In this document: in pieces, positions 37,763 through 49,597 of the stretch
How the letters are laid out: every line of letters begins with the position of its first letter
Numbering within the stretch: position 1 is the first letter of the stretch
Source of the DNA: Desulfomonilia bacterium
Lineage (GTDB): Bacteria > Desulfobacterota > Desulfomonilia > UBA1062
Length of the DNA: 64,000 bases
Assembly (NCBI GenBank): GCA_963664325.2
Contig: CAXXDQ010000008.1
Location: forward strand, 288,391 to 352,390
Direction of reading: 5' to 3'
Notes under the pieces: generated by a model
Told to the model about the DNA's origin: nothing
Database searches by the model: none
Seen by the model: the letters and a program-made list of their open reading frames with translations, nothing else
Program-made: the position numbers and the translations under genes

Positions 37763-38986
37763 TTAGATATATTTTTTTAATTGAAAAAGTTTTTTATCCT
37801 GTGTTGCCACGATATGATAAAATTTATCCTGTGGTACATAGATATAAGGTACATCTTCCATCCTGCGGTAAAGAAAATGAGATAGTATCATGCGATTTAC
37901 GGCCCGGTGTCCGATAATCATTATGTTATTTGAGTTCCTGTTGAGGAAAAAGGCCTTCTTTATTCCAATTTCGATACGCTCTTTCATGGTAACATAGCCT
38001 TCACCTTCAGGATAAACATAGTTGAATTTATCAGCTTCTCTTGCTGAATAAATATCAGACCTCTTTATTCTTATGTCATGATAACTCATACCTTCACAAA
38101 TTCCCCCATCAATTTCATTGAACTCTTTTAAGGGAATAATGGTACAGTTTTGTTGTCCATTGCATATGGGATTTGCAGTCTGAATAGTTCTTTTTTTGTT
38201 GCTTGTGAAAATATAAGATATTTTTTTGTTTTTGAAGAAGGCAGCCAGAGACTTTGCTTGGATTTCTCCTTTTGGCGTGAGGGAAGGATCCCCGCCAATA
38301 CGATCTGTTACATTAAAGAAGGTTTCAGTATGTCTTATAAGGAAAAGATTTTTTACCATATCTGTTACAAGGAAATCTCTTATTCGTGAGTGAAGAGGTA
38401 TTGTATCTATTACCTTTTCTCTGAGTATGCGATTGTGAAGAGAATCAATTATTATTATATTTCTCTCGAATTCAAGTGAAGAATAAATCATCCTGTAGTA
38501 TTCAATTCTTTTCATCAGATTATAAAATGCTTCTTTTTGAGAAAGCTTTTCGAATTCATTTGTTTTTGTTTTTTCGATGATGCTTAAATTTATAATATCT
38601 TCATCATCATTAATGCATTCAATGAAAAGAACTGGATGGTCCATAAGAAATTTCTCAATCATTTCCCTTCGCTCACGACTAACATTGGTTGCATCGAGAA
38701 TCGCAACCTGCCCTTTAGCTGAAAGAAAATCCTTAGCCTTTTCCATATTTACCTGAGCGAACATCTTTCGTAGTTCAACACCCTCCGTATTTTGGGGATG
38801 GTAGAATTCAGCTGAATGTGAATTTTCTAGATTTTTAAATTTTCTGCGCAGATTTCCATTGTTAAAAATTTTTGTTGGTATCTTATTGTTGTTGAACATT
38901 TCCAGAAGTCTTAGCGCAATAGTTGATTTTCCCCTTCCAGGGAGACCAACCATCACTATATATAATTTCTCATCTTTGGTTATCAT
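37763..38986 (-). CDS. Bifunctional 6-phosphofructo-2-kinase/fructose-2,6-bisphosphatase-like protein
   Basis: Kinase domain MVGLPGRGKST, FNNGNLRR, AILDATN..RERR, LFIECINDD; histidine phosphatase domain LIRHTE..FN...RIGGD..LT, NEIDGG.CEG, YP.GEGY, GHRAVNR. Confidence 0.9.
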   Translation of the reverse strand: MITKDEKLYIVMVGLPGRGKSTIALRLLEMFNNNKIPTKIFNNGNLRRKFKNLENSHSAEFYHPQNTEGVELRKMFAQVNMEKAKDFLSAKGQVAILDATNVSRERREMIEKFLMDHPVLFIECINDDEDIINLSIIEKTKTNEFEKLSQKEAFYNLMKRIEYYRMIYSSLEFERNIIIIDSLHNRILREKVIDTIPLHSRIRDFLVTDMVKNLFLIRHTETFFNVTDRIGGDPSLTPKGEIQAKSLAAFFKNKKISYIFTSNKKRTIQTANPICNGQQNCTIIPLKEFNEIDGGICEGMSYHDIRIKRSDIYSAREADKFNYVYPEGEGYVTMKERIEIGIKKAFFLNRNSNNIMIIGHRAVNRMILSHFLYRRMEDVPYIYVPQDKFYHIVATQDKKLFQLKKYI

Positions 38987-38995
38987 GATAGTACA

Positions 38996-39757
38996 TCATG
39001 CAAGCATTCCGCCATCACAGACAATCAATGAACCTGTCGAAAAACTTGATGCTTCAGATACGAGATACAAAACTGCCCCGGATATCTCAGAAGGTTGGGC
39101 ATGTCTTCCCATTGGTATCTGATTCACAGCATAACCATATATAGATTCATTATCTATGATTGCTTTGGAAAATTTGGTTTCAGTCAGACCAGGAAGGACA
39201 GCATTTACCCTTATCCCTTTATTCGCAAATTCCTTTGCGAAGGCTTTTGTCATTGCTATAAGCCCGGCCTTTGTAATGGAATATATTCCTTGAAAAGGTG
39301 CTGGTTTTATTCCATTGACAGAAGATATATTAACAATGGAACCTCTTGTGCCAGTCTCAATCATTAATTTTATGGCCTTCTGGGTAATAAAAAATGGTCC
39401 TCTAAGATTTACATCAAAGGTTTTTTCCCATACACTGGAATCTGCCCCAAGCATGTCTCCAAAATATGGATTAGTAGCAGCATTGTTAATAAGAATATCA
39501 AGATGTCCATATATAGATTTTATATTTGTAAAAAGCATATCGATCTGGTTTAAATCACCCACATGGCATGCCATTATATCTGCTGTACCGCCTGATGAAG
39601 TTATTTTTTCTTTTACTGGAATAAGGGCCTCTATCTTTCTGCTCGCAAGTATACAATGAGCTCCAAATTGAGCCAAGGTCAATGCAATGTCTTCTCCAAT
39701 TCCCCTGCTGGCACCAGTGATAAGTGCTATTTTATCTTTCAATGAAAAATTTATCAT
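38996..39757 (-). CDS. Short-chain dehydrogenase/reductase (DHRS4-like)
   Basis: TGASRGIG, NNAATNP, NISS, YSITK, VNAVLPG. Confidence 0.93.
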   Translation of the reverse strand: MINFSLKDKIALITGASRGIGEDIALTLAQFGAHCILASRKIEALIPVKEKITSSGGTADIMACHVGDLNQIDMLFTNIKSIYGHLDILINNAATNPYFGDMLGADSSVWEKTFDVNLRGPFFITQKAIKLMIETGTRGSIVNISSVNGIKPAPFQGIYSITKAGLIAMTKAFAKEFANKGIRVNAVLPGLTETKFSKAIIDNESIYGYAVNQIPMGRHAQPSEISGAVLYLVSEASSFSTGSLIVCDGGMLA

Positions 39758-40392
39758 ACTTCTTTCTCCCTTAAAGAATTGGTGAATAATAAATCAAATT
39801 TTATTCAAAACCTCCATTAATTTATAACATATTAAAATGATAAATAGTTGTATGTCTATTGTTAATCTTAAAACATATTTGTTTTTTTCTGAGCAAAATG
39901 TCTCTTACATAACAATATTTTACGTTGGGGGAGCGAAACAGACAAATATTATTAATCTTCTAAAGAGCATTTTTCTAATCTTATTTATTTAATTTCAATG
40001 AAATTGATAAAACAGTAGAAGATTTAGTTATATCTAACGTGAATAAATATTGGAACAGTAAGCGGTTGACAAGAAGTTCTTCTACTAGGAAATCTATATG
40101 TTTAATAGTTGGTTCTTTGAATGAATACAGAAAGGTCTACATATATATGAGATTTATATTGGGCAGACAGTGTAACACCAGTTAAGACAATTAGAATATG
40201 GGATTTTAAATTAACAGTTGGGAAAATTTCTATAAAAAAATAAAGTTGATCCGAACTTTAACAGCGAACCCGAACCTGGAAGAAAAAACAGACACAAGTT
40301 TTTATTATTGGTATATGTTTTAAACAGGATTATCGTTGACGTTATGATTGAGATACTGATACTGAGAACAAAAAATTAGCGGAGGAAAGCCT

Positions 40393-40707
40393 GTGGCAGA
40401 GCTCGGCAAAAGATACAAATGCTATAAATGCAACTGTAAATTCTACGACCTGAATAAGCCAAATCCAATTTGCCCTCGTTGCGATGAGGATCAGACTAAT
40501 GAAGAAAATAAGAAAATCCTTAAACGCAAGAGAAAACGATCTCTTGGAAAAGGCCGCTCAGATGTAAGACCTGATATTGACGGAGTGGATATTTTCAGGG
40601 ATGGCGATGAAGACGTGGAGGAATATACTCTTGATGTTGAAGATATGATTCTGGAAGAAAATACAGAACTTGTTGAAGAAGAAAAAGAAACAGGTGATGA
40701 GGAATAG
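40393..40707 (+). CDS. FYDLN acidic-domain protein (TIGR02300-like)
   Basis: LGKRYKCYKCNCKFYDLNKPNPICPRC with acidic tail; GGAGG RBS. Confidence 0.9.
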   Translation: MAELGKRYKCYKCNCKFYDLNKPNPICPRCDEDQTNEENKKILKRKRKRSLGKGRSDVRPDIDGVDIFRDGDEDVEEYTLDVEDMILEENTELVEEEKETGDEE

Positions 40708-40712
40708 TAACT

Positions 40713-41858
40713 TTATTTAAGATCCTCAAGTGAATATTGTTTTATAATTGCAAGATCGAGTGAATATCTTCCGATTATTTCGTTTTCAATATGTCCCATG
40801 AAAATGTGGAACATATCGACTACCATAATTTCATCAAGCCCCTTGCTTGGTAAAAGGACTTTACCACTTGTTTGAAGAAGTCCTGATGAATTTAATATAG
40901 ATATTGTTGATGATGAAACATCAGGTGGGAATGGTAACATGTTTATCAACCTGGTTTCATCATAGTATATCCCTTTTGCCATGCCGGAAAAAATGTATTT
41001 GAATATATCTACAGCAGCACAGAATTTTTCAGTAGGTGTTATAGAAGATGTATCCCCAGTAAAATTGGGGTACTGTATTTGCCTTGTGATTTGTACACCG
41101 AAAAGAAGAATTAGCCAGTTAATATAAATCCATAATAGGAAAACAGGGATTGCTCCAAGTGATCCGTATATGTTGAACGAATAGGTGGCATGTTTTATAT
41201 ATATTTGATACAGATAATAAGAAAATATCCACAGAATACCGCTAATAAATGATCCAATAATAGCAGGTCTATTTTTAACCCTAGTATTCGGAACTATTTT
41301 ATATATCATAAAAAAAACAAGAATTATAAATAAAAGCATGATTACTTTTATTGATTTTAAAATGATTACTAGTTCAGGAAAGGCCCTGTCAAGAAATGAC
41401 AAAATACTGAAAATGACCACTATTGATATTGGTCCAAGAGTTGTTAATGTCCAACAAATTGCAAATTTAAGCCATAAAGGTCTTGTGTCTGTTTTTCCCC
41501 AAAGAGAATTTATTGCACCATCAACTTCAATGAATAATGGTATTGAAGCAAGTATGAAAATTACCATACCTATTGTGCCTAGAGTCCCCACTTTGATATT
41601 GTCAACATAGCTTTGAATATATTGCATTACTTGTATTTTGTGTGAAGGATCTAAAAAATCAGAAATTACAGGATAAATACTTTGTTGGATAATTGAGAAA
41701 CCTCCAAAAAATTTGAAAAGAGATAAGGCAATTGCAAATAGGGGTACAAGGGCAAAGAGAGTTGTATATGTAAGAGTTGTTGTCCAAAGAAATCCATTGC
41801 CGTTTCCGAAGCCCTTCCAAACGGCATTTGTTGTCAAAATTAATCGGGTAACTTTCAA
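40713..41858 (-). CDS. YihY/BrkB-family inner membrane protein
   Basis: LTYTTLFALVP, INSLW, YKIVPN, IYGSLGAIPVFLLWIY. Confidence 0.9.
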   Translation of the reverse strand: MKVTRLILTTNAVWKGFGNGNGFLWTTTLTYTTLFALVPLFAIALSLFKFFGGFSIIQQSIYPVISDFLDPSHKIQVMQYIQSYVDNIKVGTLGTIGMVIFILASIPLFIEVDGAINSLWGKTDTRPLWLKFAICWTLTTLGPISIVVIFSILSFLDRAFPELVIILKSIKVIMLLFIILVFFMIYKIVPNTRVKNRPAIIGSFISGILWIFSYYLYQIYIKHATYSFNIYGSLGAIPVFLLWIYINWLILLFGVQITRQIQYPNFTGDTSSITPTEKFCAAVDIFKYIFSGMAKGIYYDETRLINMLPFPPDVSSSTISILNSSGLLQTSGKVLLPSKGLDEIMVVDMFHIFMGHIENEIIGRYSLDLAIIKQYSLEDLK

Positions 41859-41868
41859 TAATATACTC

Positions 41869-42354
41869 TTATATTTTTTTGAAATATTTAGTAAAATCTG
41901 CTGGTATAAAACCAGTTGTTGATATGGCTTTATTATAATAGGGCAACAAAATTGATTTAACGATCATATTGCTTTTGGGCGGCATTGTCACCTGGATTAC
42001 TGTTATTATTATACTGCAAATAAGGATGCCTTTTGCAAATCCCAGAGAAACGCCAAGCATTTTATCAAAAGTAGTCAAGCCTGAAGATGATGTTATTTGC
42101 TTGGCTAGAATGAAAAAGAATTTAATTACTATAAAAAAAATTAAGAAAATAAGAATATAAGATACGATTCCATGAATATCAGGAAATGCGATTTTTTTTA
42201 AAAATTCCGAAAATACTAAATAATATCTTTTGGAGAGAAAAATACCTGCTACTATTGCGATAATTGATGATATGCTGTTTAATAATCCAAGCATTAATCC
42301 TCTTATAATACAGAATGCCATAATACCAATTATGACAAAATCGATGATATTCAC
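41869..42354 (-). CDS. cvpA: CvpA-family membrane protein
   Basis: MNIIDFVI, IRGL..G, FDKMLGVSLGFAKG, S.LLP. Confidence 0.85.
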   Translation of the reverse strand: MNIIDFVIIGIMAFCIIRGLMLGLLNSISSIIAIVAGIFLSKRYYLVFSEFLKKIAFPDIHGIVSYILIFLIFFIVIKFFFILAKQITSSSGLTTFDKMLGVSLGFAKGILICSIIITVIQVTMPPKSNMIVKSILLPYYNKAISTTGFIPADFTKYFKKI

Positions 42355-42764
42355 TTTTTAGCCTTAATAAATTCAATTTTCTTAATGTCTTTTAAGGATA
42401 TCTGATATGATCCGAATGATGTGTTTCCATACAATCTGGAAAAATCATTGGCTTTGATATTACATATCTGTCCACCATCTTCGAAATTTATACACGTATT
42501 CCCCTTCGAAATGTCAATAGATGAAATTTTTTCAAATGGAATTTGAATTCTTCCTTTTCCAAGAAATCCGCCGAATAATGTCTTTCCTTCTATGGTTACA
42601 TTTACTAGCTCAACGTCATTGTTTGTTATGTCCAGGACTTTAGCCTTAAAAACTGACGAAACCTGACTTTGATTTGAACCCACTCCCAAACCTGACATGC
42701 CAATTAATGAAATCGACAATATCAAAATGAGAACTGTATAGATGAAAACTAAGTGCCTTTTCAT
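42351..42764 (-). CDS. Hypothetical exported protein
   Basis: Signal-like N-terminus; ATGA/GTGA overlaps with both neighbours. Confidence 0.7.
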   Translation of the reverse strand: MKRHLVFIYTVLILILSISLIGMSGLGVGSNQSQVSSVFKAKVLDITNNDVELVNVTIEGKTLFGGFLGKGRIQIPFEKISSIDISKGNTCINFEDGGQICNIKANDFSRLYGNTSFGSYQISLKDIKKIEFIKAKK

Positions 42765-42982
42765 GGCTCAAAAACCTCCTTAATGACTCCTTCTTTTATC
42801 ATTGCTTTTATAATATTGTTTAATGGTTTTTGAAGTGAAATAGAATACAGAATACTGATGGTTGTTATACAACTATTTACTGTGCTTATAATAGCCATAC
42901 CATCATATCCTTCAAATATGTATTTTATATATGAAATATTCTTCTTATCTACTACAGCAGTAATAGTATTCATCTGATCCAC
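42761..42982 (-). CDS. DUF4911-family protein
   Basis: ISYIKYIFEGYDGMAIISTV motif. Confidence 0.75.
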   Translation of the reverse strand: MDQMNTITAVVDKKNISYIKYIFEGYDGMAIISTVNSCITTISILYSISLQKPLNNIIKAMIKEGVIKEVFEP

Positions 42983-43201
42983 AAATTGGAATTAACACAT
43001 GTGAATTTCTTCTTCAAGCATGCATAACTGTTTCAAAATCTAAATCAATAATATGATTGTATGTGTAGATTTCATATGATATGTAACACGCCAAAATTAA
43101 ACATAATATTTAATAATTGAGACTCAAATAAAATATTTTTATTAGATACAAATATATTGACAGGGTATGATTTGAATGCTAGGACTTACCTGCTAAATGA
43201 G

Positions 43202-43215
43202 TGAATAGCCATTCA
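43202..43215. promoter_or_regulatory. Palindromic operator-like site upstream of the atp operon
   Basis: TGAAT-AGCC-ATTCA downstream of TTGACA at 43157-43162. Confidence 0.35.
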
Positions 43216-43309
43216 TTATTTTATGTGGATATTAAGATCCATTTATGAACTCAAAATAATGATAAGCTACAACGAATAAAAATGTAGAAGATATTTTTGG
43301 AGGTATATC

Positions 43310-43738
43310 TTGATAGAAATTAATTGGAGCATGTTACTTCAAATGACAAATTTTCTACTCCTGATTTTTATCCTGAATATTGTCCTTTATAAACCTTTAC
43401 TCAAAATATTAGATGAAAGAGACAAAAAAATATCCGAGACTCAACAGAAAGCGAAGGACTTTTCAGAAGAAACGGAAAAAATGATTTCTGAATATAATGA
43501 AAAACTTCAATTGGCTAAAATAGAAGCAATGACTCAAAAAAATAATGCCAAGAAAGAAGCAGCTGAAAGAGCAAATGTGATAATAGAAAAATCGAGAAAA
43601 GAAGCTGAACAGCATCTCCTTGAAGTGAAGAATCAAATAACACAAGAAATTGAAGCGGCAAGAAGGGAGTTGGAGCCTGAACTTGAGAAAATGGCAATTA
43701 CAATAGCAGAACAAGTTTTAGGGAGGAAAGTGGCATGA
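43310..43738 (+). CDS. ATP synthase F0 subunit b'
   Basis: N-terminal TM (NFLLLIFILNIVLYKPL..ILDER) plus coiled coil; first of two b subunits. Confidence 0.9.
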   Translation: MIEINWSMLLQMTNFLLLIFILNIVLYKPLLKILDERDKKISETQQKAKDFSEETEKMISEYNEKLQLAKIEAMTQKNNAKKEAAERANVIIEKSRKEAEQHLLEVKNQITQEIEAARRELEPELEKMAITIAEQVLGRKVA

Positions 43739-44316
43739 TCTACAAACAAATAAAAAAAATACTCCCGATAGCATGCGGATGTCTCTTGTTTGCTGCTTTA
43801 TTATATGCATCAGAGGGGGAAGGGGGACATAAAGGCATCCAATGGATGGATTTAATAAAAAGAACTATTAACTTCGCTGCTCTTGTTTTTTTTCTATGGT
43901 ACCTTATCGCCGACAAAATAAAAAAATATTTTAGTGAAAGAAGAATCGATATAGCGAATCTTCTTGAAGAAGTTGACAAGGAAAAAAATGATGCCGAACA
44001 GAAATTTATTTTGTATGAGCAGAAATTTAAGGAAGTAGAAAAAGACATTGAGGAAATAACAAAAGCATTAACCGGTGAAATTGAGAATGAAAAAAATAAA
44101 ATTATTGAAGAAGGAAAAGTGAATTCTCTGAGAATAATTGAACAGGCTAAAGCAGCTGCTGAACAGGAAGTGATAAATTCAAGACAAAAATTGAGAAATT
44201 ATGTAGTCGAACTTGCTGGCAGCATGGCAATGTCTATAGTTTCAAAAAGAATGACTAATGATGATCAGGAAAGACTTGTTGAAGAATATATTAATGAAGT
44301 AGCGAGGGAAAATTGA
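43735..44316 (+). CDS. atpF: ATP synthase F0 subunit b
   Basis: ASEGEGGH extension, RTINFAALVFFL, coiled coil, DQERLVEEYI. Confidence 0.9.
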   Translation: MIYKQIKKILPIACGCLLFAALLYASEGEGGHKGIQWMDLIKRTINFAALVFFLWYLIADKIKKYFSERRIDIANLLEEVDKEKNDAEQKFILYEQKFKEVEKDIEEITKALTGEIENEKNKIIEEGKVNSLRIIEQAKAAAEQEVINSRQKLRNYVVELAGSMAMSIVSKRMTNDDQERLVEEYINEVAREN

Positions 44317-44858
44317 AGAGCGATGTCTTAGCAAGAAGATATGCCAAGGCCCTGTATGACCTTGGTATTGAGGAAAAATTGGGTCAGAAATTTCTTACTG
44401 ACCTTCATGCAGTTGTCGAACTTATAAAAGAAAGTGAAGAATTAAAATCATTAATGGAAAGTCCGCTTTATGATATTAATCTTAAAAAGAAAATATTGGG
44501 GACTCTGCTCAACAATGCGGATATTTCAAATTATATAGAAAATTTTCTTAATATACTTCTTGAAAAAGACAGATTCCATCAGCTTTCAGACGTACTTGCA
44601 TCTTATCATGATATAATTAACGAAGTTGCAGGAAAAGCTACCGCAAATGTAATTAGTTCGGTTGAATTGACCGAAGGTCAACTAAAAAGGATTTCTGAAG
44701 TTTTTTCAAGATTGTCAAATAAGGAAATTAATATTGAAACAACAATAGATCCCTCAATAATTGGAGGTCTGGTAGTCGATGTTGAGGGAATGGTTTACGA
44801 CGGGAGCATAAAATCAAACTTAATAAAATTTAAAGAGAGTCTAAAAGGGGAGATGTAG
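44313..44858 (+). CDS. atpH: ATP synthase F1 subunit delta
   Basis: [29 protein letters not shown]. Confidence 0.93.
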   Translation: MKSDVLARRYAKALYDLGIEEKLGQKFLTDLHAVVELIKESEELKSLMESPLYDINLKKKILGTLLNNADISNYIENFLNILLEKDRFHQLSDVLASYHDIINEVAGKATANVISSVELTEGQLKRISEVFSRLSNKEINIETTIDPSIIGGLVVDVEGMVYDGSIKSNLIKFKESLKGEM

Positions 44859-44859
44859 G

Positions 44860-46380
44860 ATGCAGATCAGGGCGGAAGAGATTAGTAGTATTATAAAGGA
44901 TCAGATAAAGGGGTATAATAAGGAGATCGACGTCGCTGAAACAGGAACAATTCTCTCCATAGGTGATGGTATTGCACGTGTCTATGGACTTAGAAACGTT
45001 ATGTCCAGTGAATTGATTGAGTTTCCCCACAATGTTATGGGAATGGCGCTTAACCTTGAAGAAGATAATGTCGGATGCGTTCTTTTCGGTGAATGTATTG
45101 GTATTAAAGAAGGTGATCAAGTAAAAAGAACAAAACGAATTGTTCAAATACCAGTTGGCGAAGGAATGCTGGGCAGAGTTGTAAATGCTATTGGCGAGCC
45201 GATTGATGGTAAAGGTCCAATATCAGCTTCTGAATACAAAATTGTCGATGTTAAAGCCCCCGGTATTGTTAAACGTCAGCCAGTTAAAGAGCCCCTTCAG
45301 ACAGGCCTGAAATCTATTGACGCAATGACGCCGGTTGGTAGAGGTCAGCGCGAATTGATCATAGGCGACCGACAGACAGGTAAGACAGCAGTTGCGATAG
45401 ATACAATTATTAATCAAAAAGGCAATGGTGTGATTTGTATTTATGTTGCTACAGGTCAAAAACAGTCAACAGTTGCTCAGGTTGTTGGAACTTTAGAACA
45501 GTATGGGGCTATGGATTATACAATTGTGGTCGCAGCCACTGCTTCAGATCCGGCTCCGCTTCAGTATATTTCCGCTTATTCTGGTGCTGCAATTGGAGAA
45601 TTTTATAGGGATAAAGGTCAACATGCGTTATGTATATATGATGATCTTACGAAACAAGCCCAATCCTACAGGCAGCTTTCATTGCTGTTGAGAAGGCCGC
45701 CAGGACGTGAAGCATTTCCAGGAGATGTCTTTTACCTGCATTCAAGGCTACTCGAAAGAGCTGCAAAATTAAGTGATGATATGGGAGGCGGTTCACTTAC
45801 TGCTCTTCCTATTGTTGAAACACAGGCAGGAGACGTTTCTGCATATATTCCAACTAATGTTATTTCAATTACAGACGGTCAGATATTCCTTGATACCGAC
45901 TTGTTTTACTCAGGGTTTAGACCTGCAATTAATGTGGGTATTTCAGTTTCTCGAGTCGGTGGTAATGCACAGATTAAAGCTATGAAAAAAGTTGCAGGAT
46001 CTCTAAGAATTGATCTGGCTCAGTATCGTGAGCTTGCGGCTTTTGCGCAATTCGGATCAGATCTTGATAAAGCAACTCAAGCACAGCTTAATCGAGGTGC
46101 ACGCCTGATGGAAATGCTTAAACAACCTCAATATAAGCCATTACCTATCGAAAAACAGGTTGCAATAATATATGCCGGTACAAACGGCCATCTGGATGAA
46201 TATCCAGTTGAAGCAATCAAGGCATTTGAAGAACAATATCTTGAATTTCTTGAGAATAAATATTCAGAAATATACAAAACAATAAGAGAATCTGGACAAA
46301 TAGATTCAGAGACTGAAAAAACGCTAAAAAGTGCGATTGCTGAATTCAAAAAGGTGTTTACAGTAACGACTGAAGGATAA
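44860..46380 (+). CDS. atpA: ATP synthase F1 subunit alpha
   Basis: [43 protein letters not shown]. Confidence 0.98.
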   Translation: MQIRAEEISSIIKDQIKGYNKEIDVAETGTILSIGDGIARVYGLRNVMSSELIEFPHNVMGMALNLEEDNVGCVLFGECIGIKEGDQVKRTKRIVQIPVGEGMLGRVVNAIGEPIDGKGPISASEYKIVDVKAPGIVKRQPVKEPLQTGLKSIDAMTPVGRGQRELIIGDRQTGKTAVAIDTIINQKGNGVICIYVATGQKQSTVAQVVGTLEQYGAMDYTIVVAATASDPAPLQYISAYSGAAIGEFYRDKGQHALCIYDDLTKQAQSYRQLSLLLRRPPGREAFPGDVFYLHSRLLERAAKLSDDMGGGSLTALPIVETQAGDVSAYIPTNVISITDGQIFLDTDLFYSGFRPAINVGISVSRVGGNAQIKAMKKVAGSLRIDLAQYRELAAFAQFGSDLDKATQAQLNRGARLMEMLKQPQYKPLPIEKQVAIIYAGTNGHLDEYPVEAIKAFEEQYLEFLENKYSEIYKTIRESGQIDSETEKTLKSAIAEFKKVFTVTTEG

Positions 46381-46384
46381 GGTT

Positions 46385-47242
46385 ATGCCAAGCCTAAAAG
46401 ACCTCAAAAATAGAATTAATTCTGTCAAAAAGACAGAACAGATAACAAAAGCAATGCGCATGGTTGCCGCAGCTAAACTGAGACGTGCACAGACGGACAT
46501 TGTTACTGCTAGACCATATGCAATCAAAATGAATGAGGTCCTTGTATCGTTGGTTTCACGTTTAAGTCCAGATGCCCATCCTTTACTTAAAGTACGTGAA
46601 CCCAAAAAAGGTGTTGTTGTTGTTATTGCATCTGATAGAGGGTTGTGCGGGGCGTTTAATCAAAATGTTTTTAGAAAAACTGAAACATTTTTAAAAGATA
46701 ATGCAAACCGTCTCGATCAAACTTCACTTGTTCTCGTAGGTAAAAAAAGTATTGATTTTTACAAACGCAAAAATGTCAACATTCGAAAGTCGTATGTAAT
46801 TGGAAAACCGAATTTCAGTTTAGCAGCAGAGATATGCGATGATTTGATCAACGGATATGTTAAATCAGAATATGATGAATTAACAATTATTTTCAATGAA
46901 TTCAAGAGTGCGATGACGCAAATTCTGCATGTTGACAAAGTTCTACCAATAGAACCTATTGAATCTGATGAAAACTCCAGACTTGAATACATATTTGAAC
47001 CATCTGAAGATTTGTTGCTCGAGACATTGTTACCTATGAGTCTAAAAGTATTTTTCTATAGAGCTCTTCTCGAATCTGCCGCATCTGAACACGGAGCCAG
47101 GATGACTGCAATGGAGAGCGCATCAGGCAATGCCAGTGAAGTCATTGGAAAACTGACAATTAAATATAACAGGCAAAGACAGGCTGCGATCACTACTGAA
47201 CTGGTTGAAGTTGTTGGTGGAGCAGAGGCATTGAAAGGCTAG
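46385..47242 (+). CDS. atpG: ATP synthase F1 subunit gamma
   Basis: ITKAMRMVAAAK, SDRGLCG, SEHGARMTAM, RQAAITTEL. Confidence 0.97.
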   Translation: MPSLKDLKNRINSVKKTEQITKAMRMVAAAKLRRAQTDIVTARPYAIKMNEVLVSLVSRLSPDAHPLLKVREPKKGVVVVIASDRGLCGAFNQNVFRKTETFLKDNANRLDQTSLVLVGKKSIDFYKRKNVNIRKSYVIGKPNFSLAAEICDDLINGYVKSEYDELTIIFNEFKSAMTQILHVDKVLPIEPIESDENSRLEYIFEPSEDLLLETLLPMSLKVFFYRALLESAASEHGARMTAMESASGNASEVIGKLTIKYNRQRQAAITTELVEVVGGAEALKG

Positions 47243-47270
47243 ACTTAAAAGGAAATAGGGGGTGTTTTAA

Positions 47271-48680
<1,410 letters not shown>

Positions 48681-48704
48681 TTAATCCAGGGAAAGGGAGC
48701 TTAA

Positions 48705-49124
48705 ATGGCTGAATTATTTCATCTTGATGTTGTGACACCTGAAAGGTCGATTCTGAGCCGTAAGGTTGAAGAAGTAATCGCCCCTGGATCTCAGGGTGAG
48801 TTCGGTGTTCTGAAAGGTCATGCAGCCTTTCTGACAACATTAAAACACGGTATGATTACTGTGTATGATGAGGAAGGCGGAAAAAATTATATGGCTATAT
48901 CAGGGGGATTTTCTGAAGTAACTCCTGATAAAGTCATTATCCTTGCAGAGCAGGCTGAGCTTGCTAAAGAAATTGATCTGGACCAATCTCGTAAAGATTT
49001 GGAAATTGCTGAAGAAAAACTCAGAAGCCTATCTAAGGATGATCCTGAACTCGGCAAATGGGAAAGCAGAAGGAACATGGCTGAAGTAAAAATAAAAGTA
49101 GCTGAGACTATTAAGACCAATTAG
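48705..49124 (+). CDS. atpC: ATP synthase F1 subunit epsilon
   Basis: VVTPE, GEFGVLKGHA, ISGGFSEV. Confidence 0.96.
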   Translation: MAELFHLDVVTPERSILSRKVEEVIAPGSQGEFGVLKGHAAFLTTLKHGMITVYDEEGGKNYMAISGGFSEVTPDKVIILAEQAELAKEIDLDQSRKDLEIAEEKLRSLSKDDPELGKWESRRNMAEVKIKVAETIKTN

Positions 49125-49145
49125 AAAATAACATATACAAAGAGG

Positions 49146-49175
49146 AAAGGGGACATTTGAAATTGTCCCCTTTTT
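49146..49175 (+). terminator. Rho-independent terminator of the atp operon
   Basis: AAAGGGGACA-loop-TGTCCCCTTTTT. Confidence 0.8.
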
Positions 49176-49259
49176 ATTATTCATAATCTTGTTTTCTTCA
49201 TCTTTCTTTATTGATGTATTGACTGACTATAATGTAGGTTCTATATAGCTGAAATTCAA

Positions 49260-49336
49260 GCGCCCATAGCTCAGTTGGATAGAGCGTTGGACTACGAATC
49301 CAAAGGTCAGAGGTTCGAATCCTCTTGGGCGCGCCA
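49260..49336 (+). tRNA. tRNA-Arg(ACG)
   Basis: GCGCCCA/TGGGCGC acceptor, TTGGA-CT-ACG-AA-TCCAA anticodon arm, GTTCGAATC, CCA. Confidence 0.97.
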
Positions 49337-49399
49337 GTTGTAAATAATATTAACAGAGATTTATGAAACTCATTTTAAACCTAATATTAAGGACGTGAT

Positions 49400-49597
49400 A
49401 TGAGGATATATTGTCCGGCATGTGGAATTGAGACTTCATATGCAGGCAATATAAACAGGCCATTTTGCTCAAAAGAATGCAAAAATAGAGATTTGTTGAA
49501 CTGGACCGATGAGATTTATAAGATACCTTCAACTAATATTGAAGATCCTGCAGATGAGATAAATAATGATGGAGATACTTCGGAGATCATTCCATAA
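49400..49597 (+). CDS. yacG: DNA gyrase inhibitor YacG
   Basis: CPAC...RPFCSKECKNRDLLNW..E.YKIP. Confidence 0.88.
   Translation: MRIYCPACGIETSYAGNINRPFCSKECKNRDLLNWTDEIYKIPSTNIEDPADEINNDGDTSEIIP

Noticed and set aside
40121-40245. Short ORF with internal TGA (MNTERSTYI*DLYW...) in the large intergenic gap
   Set aside because: No RBS, no SECIS-like hairpin noticed, and no recognisable motif.
42975-43235. DnaA-box-like 9-mers upstream of the atp operon (possible oriC)
   Set aside because: Only two one-mismatch boxes and no dnaA/gidA/parAB context.
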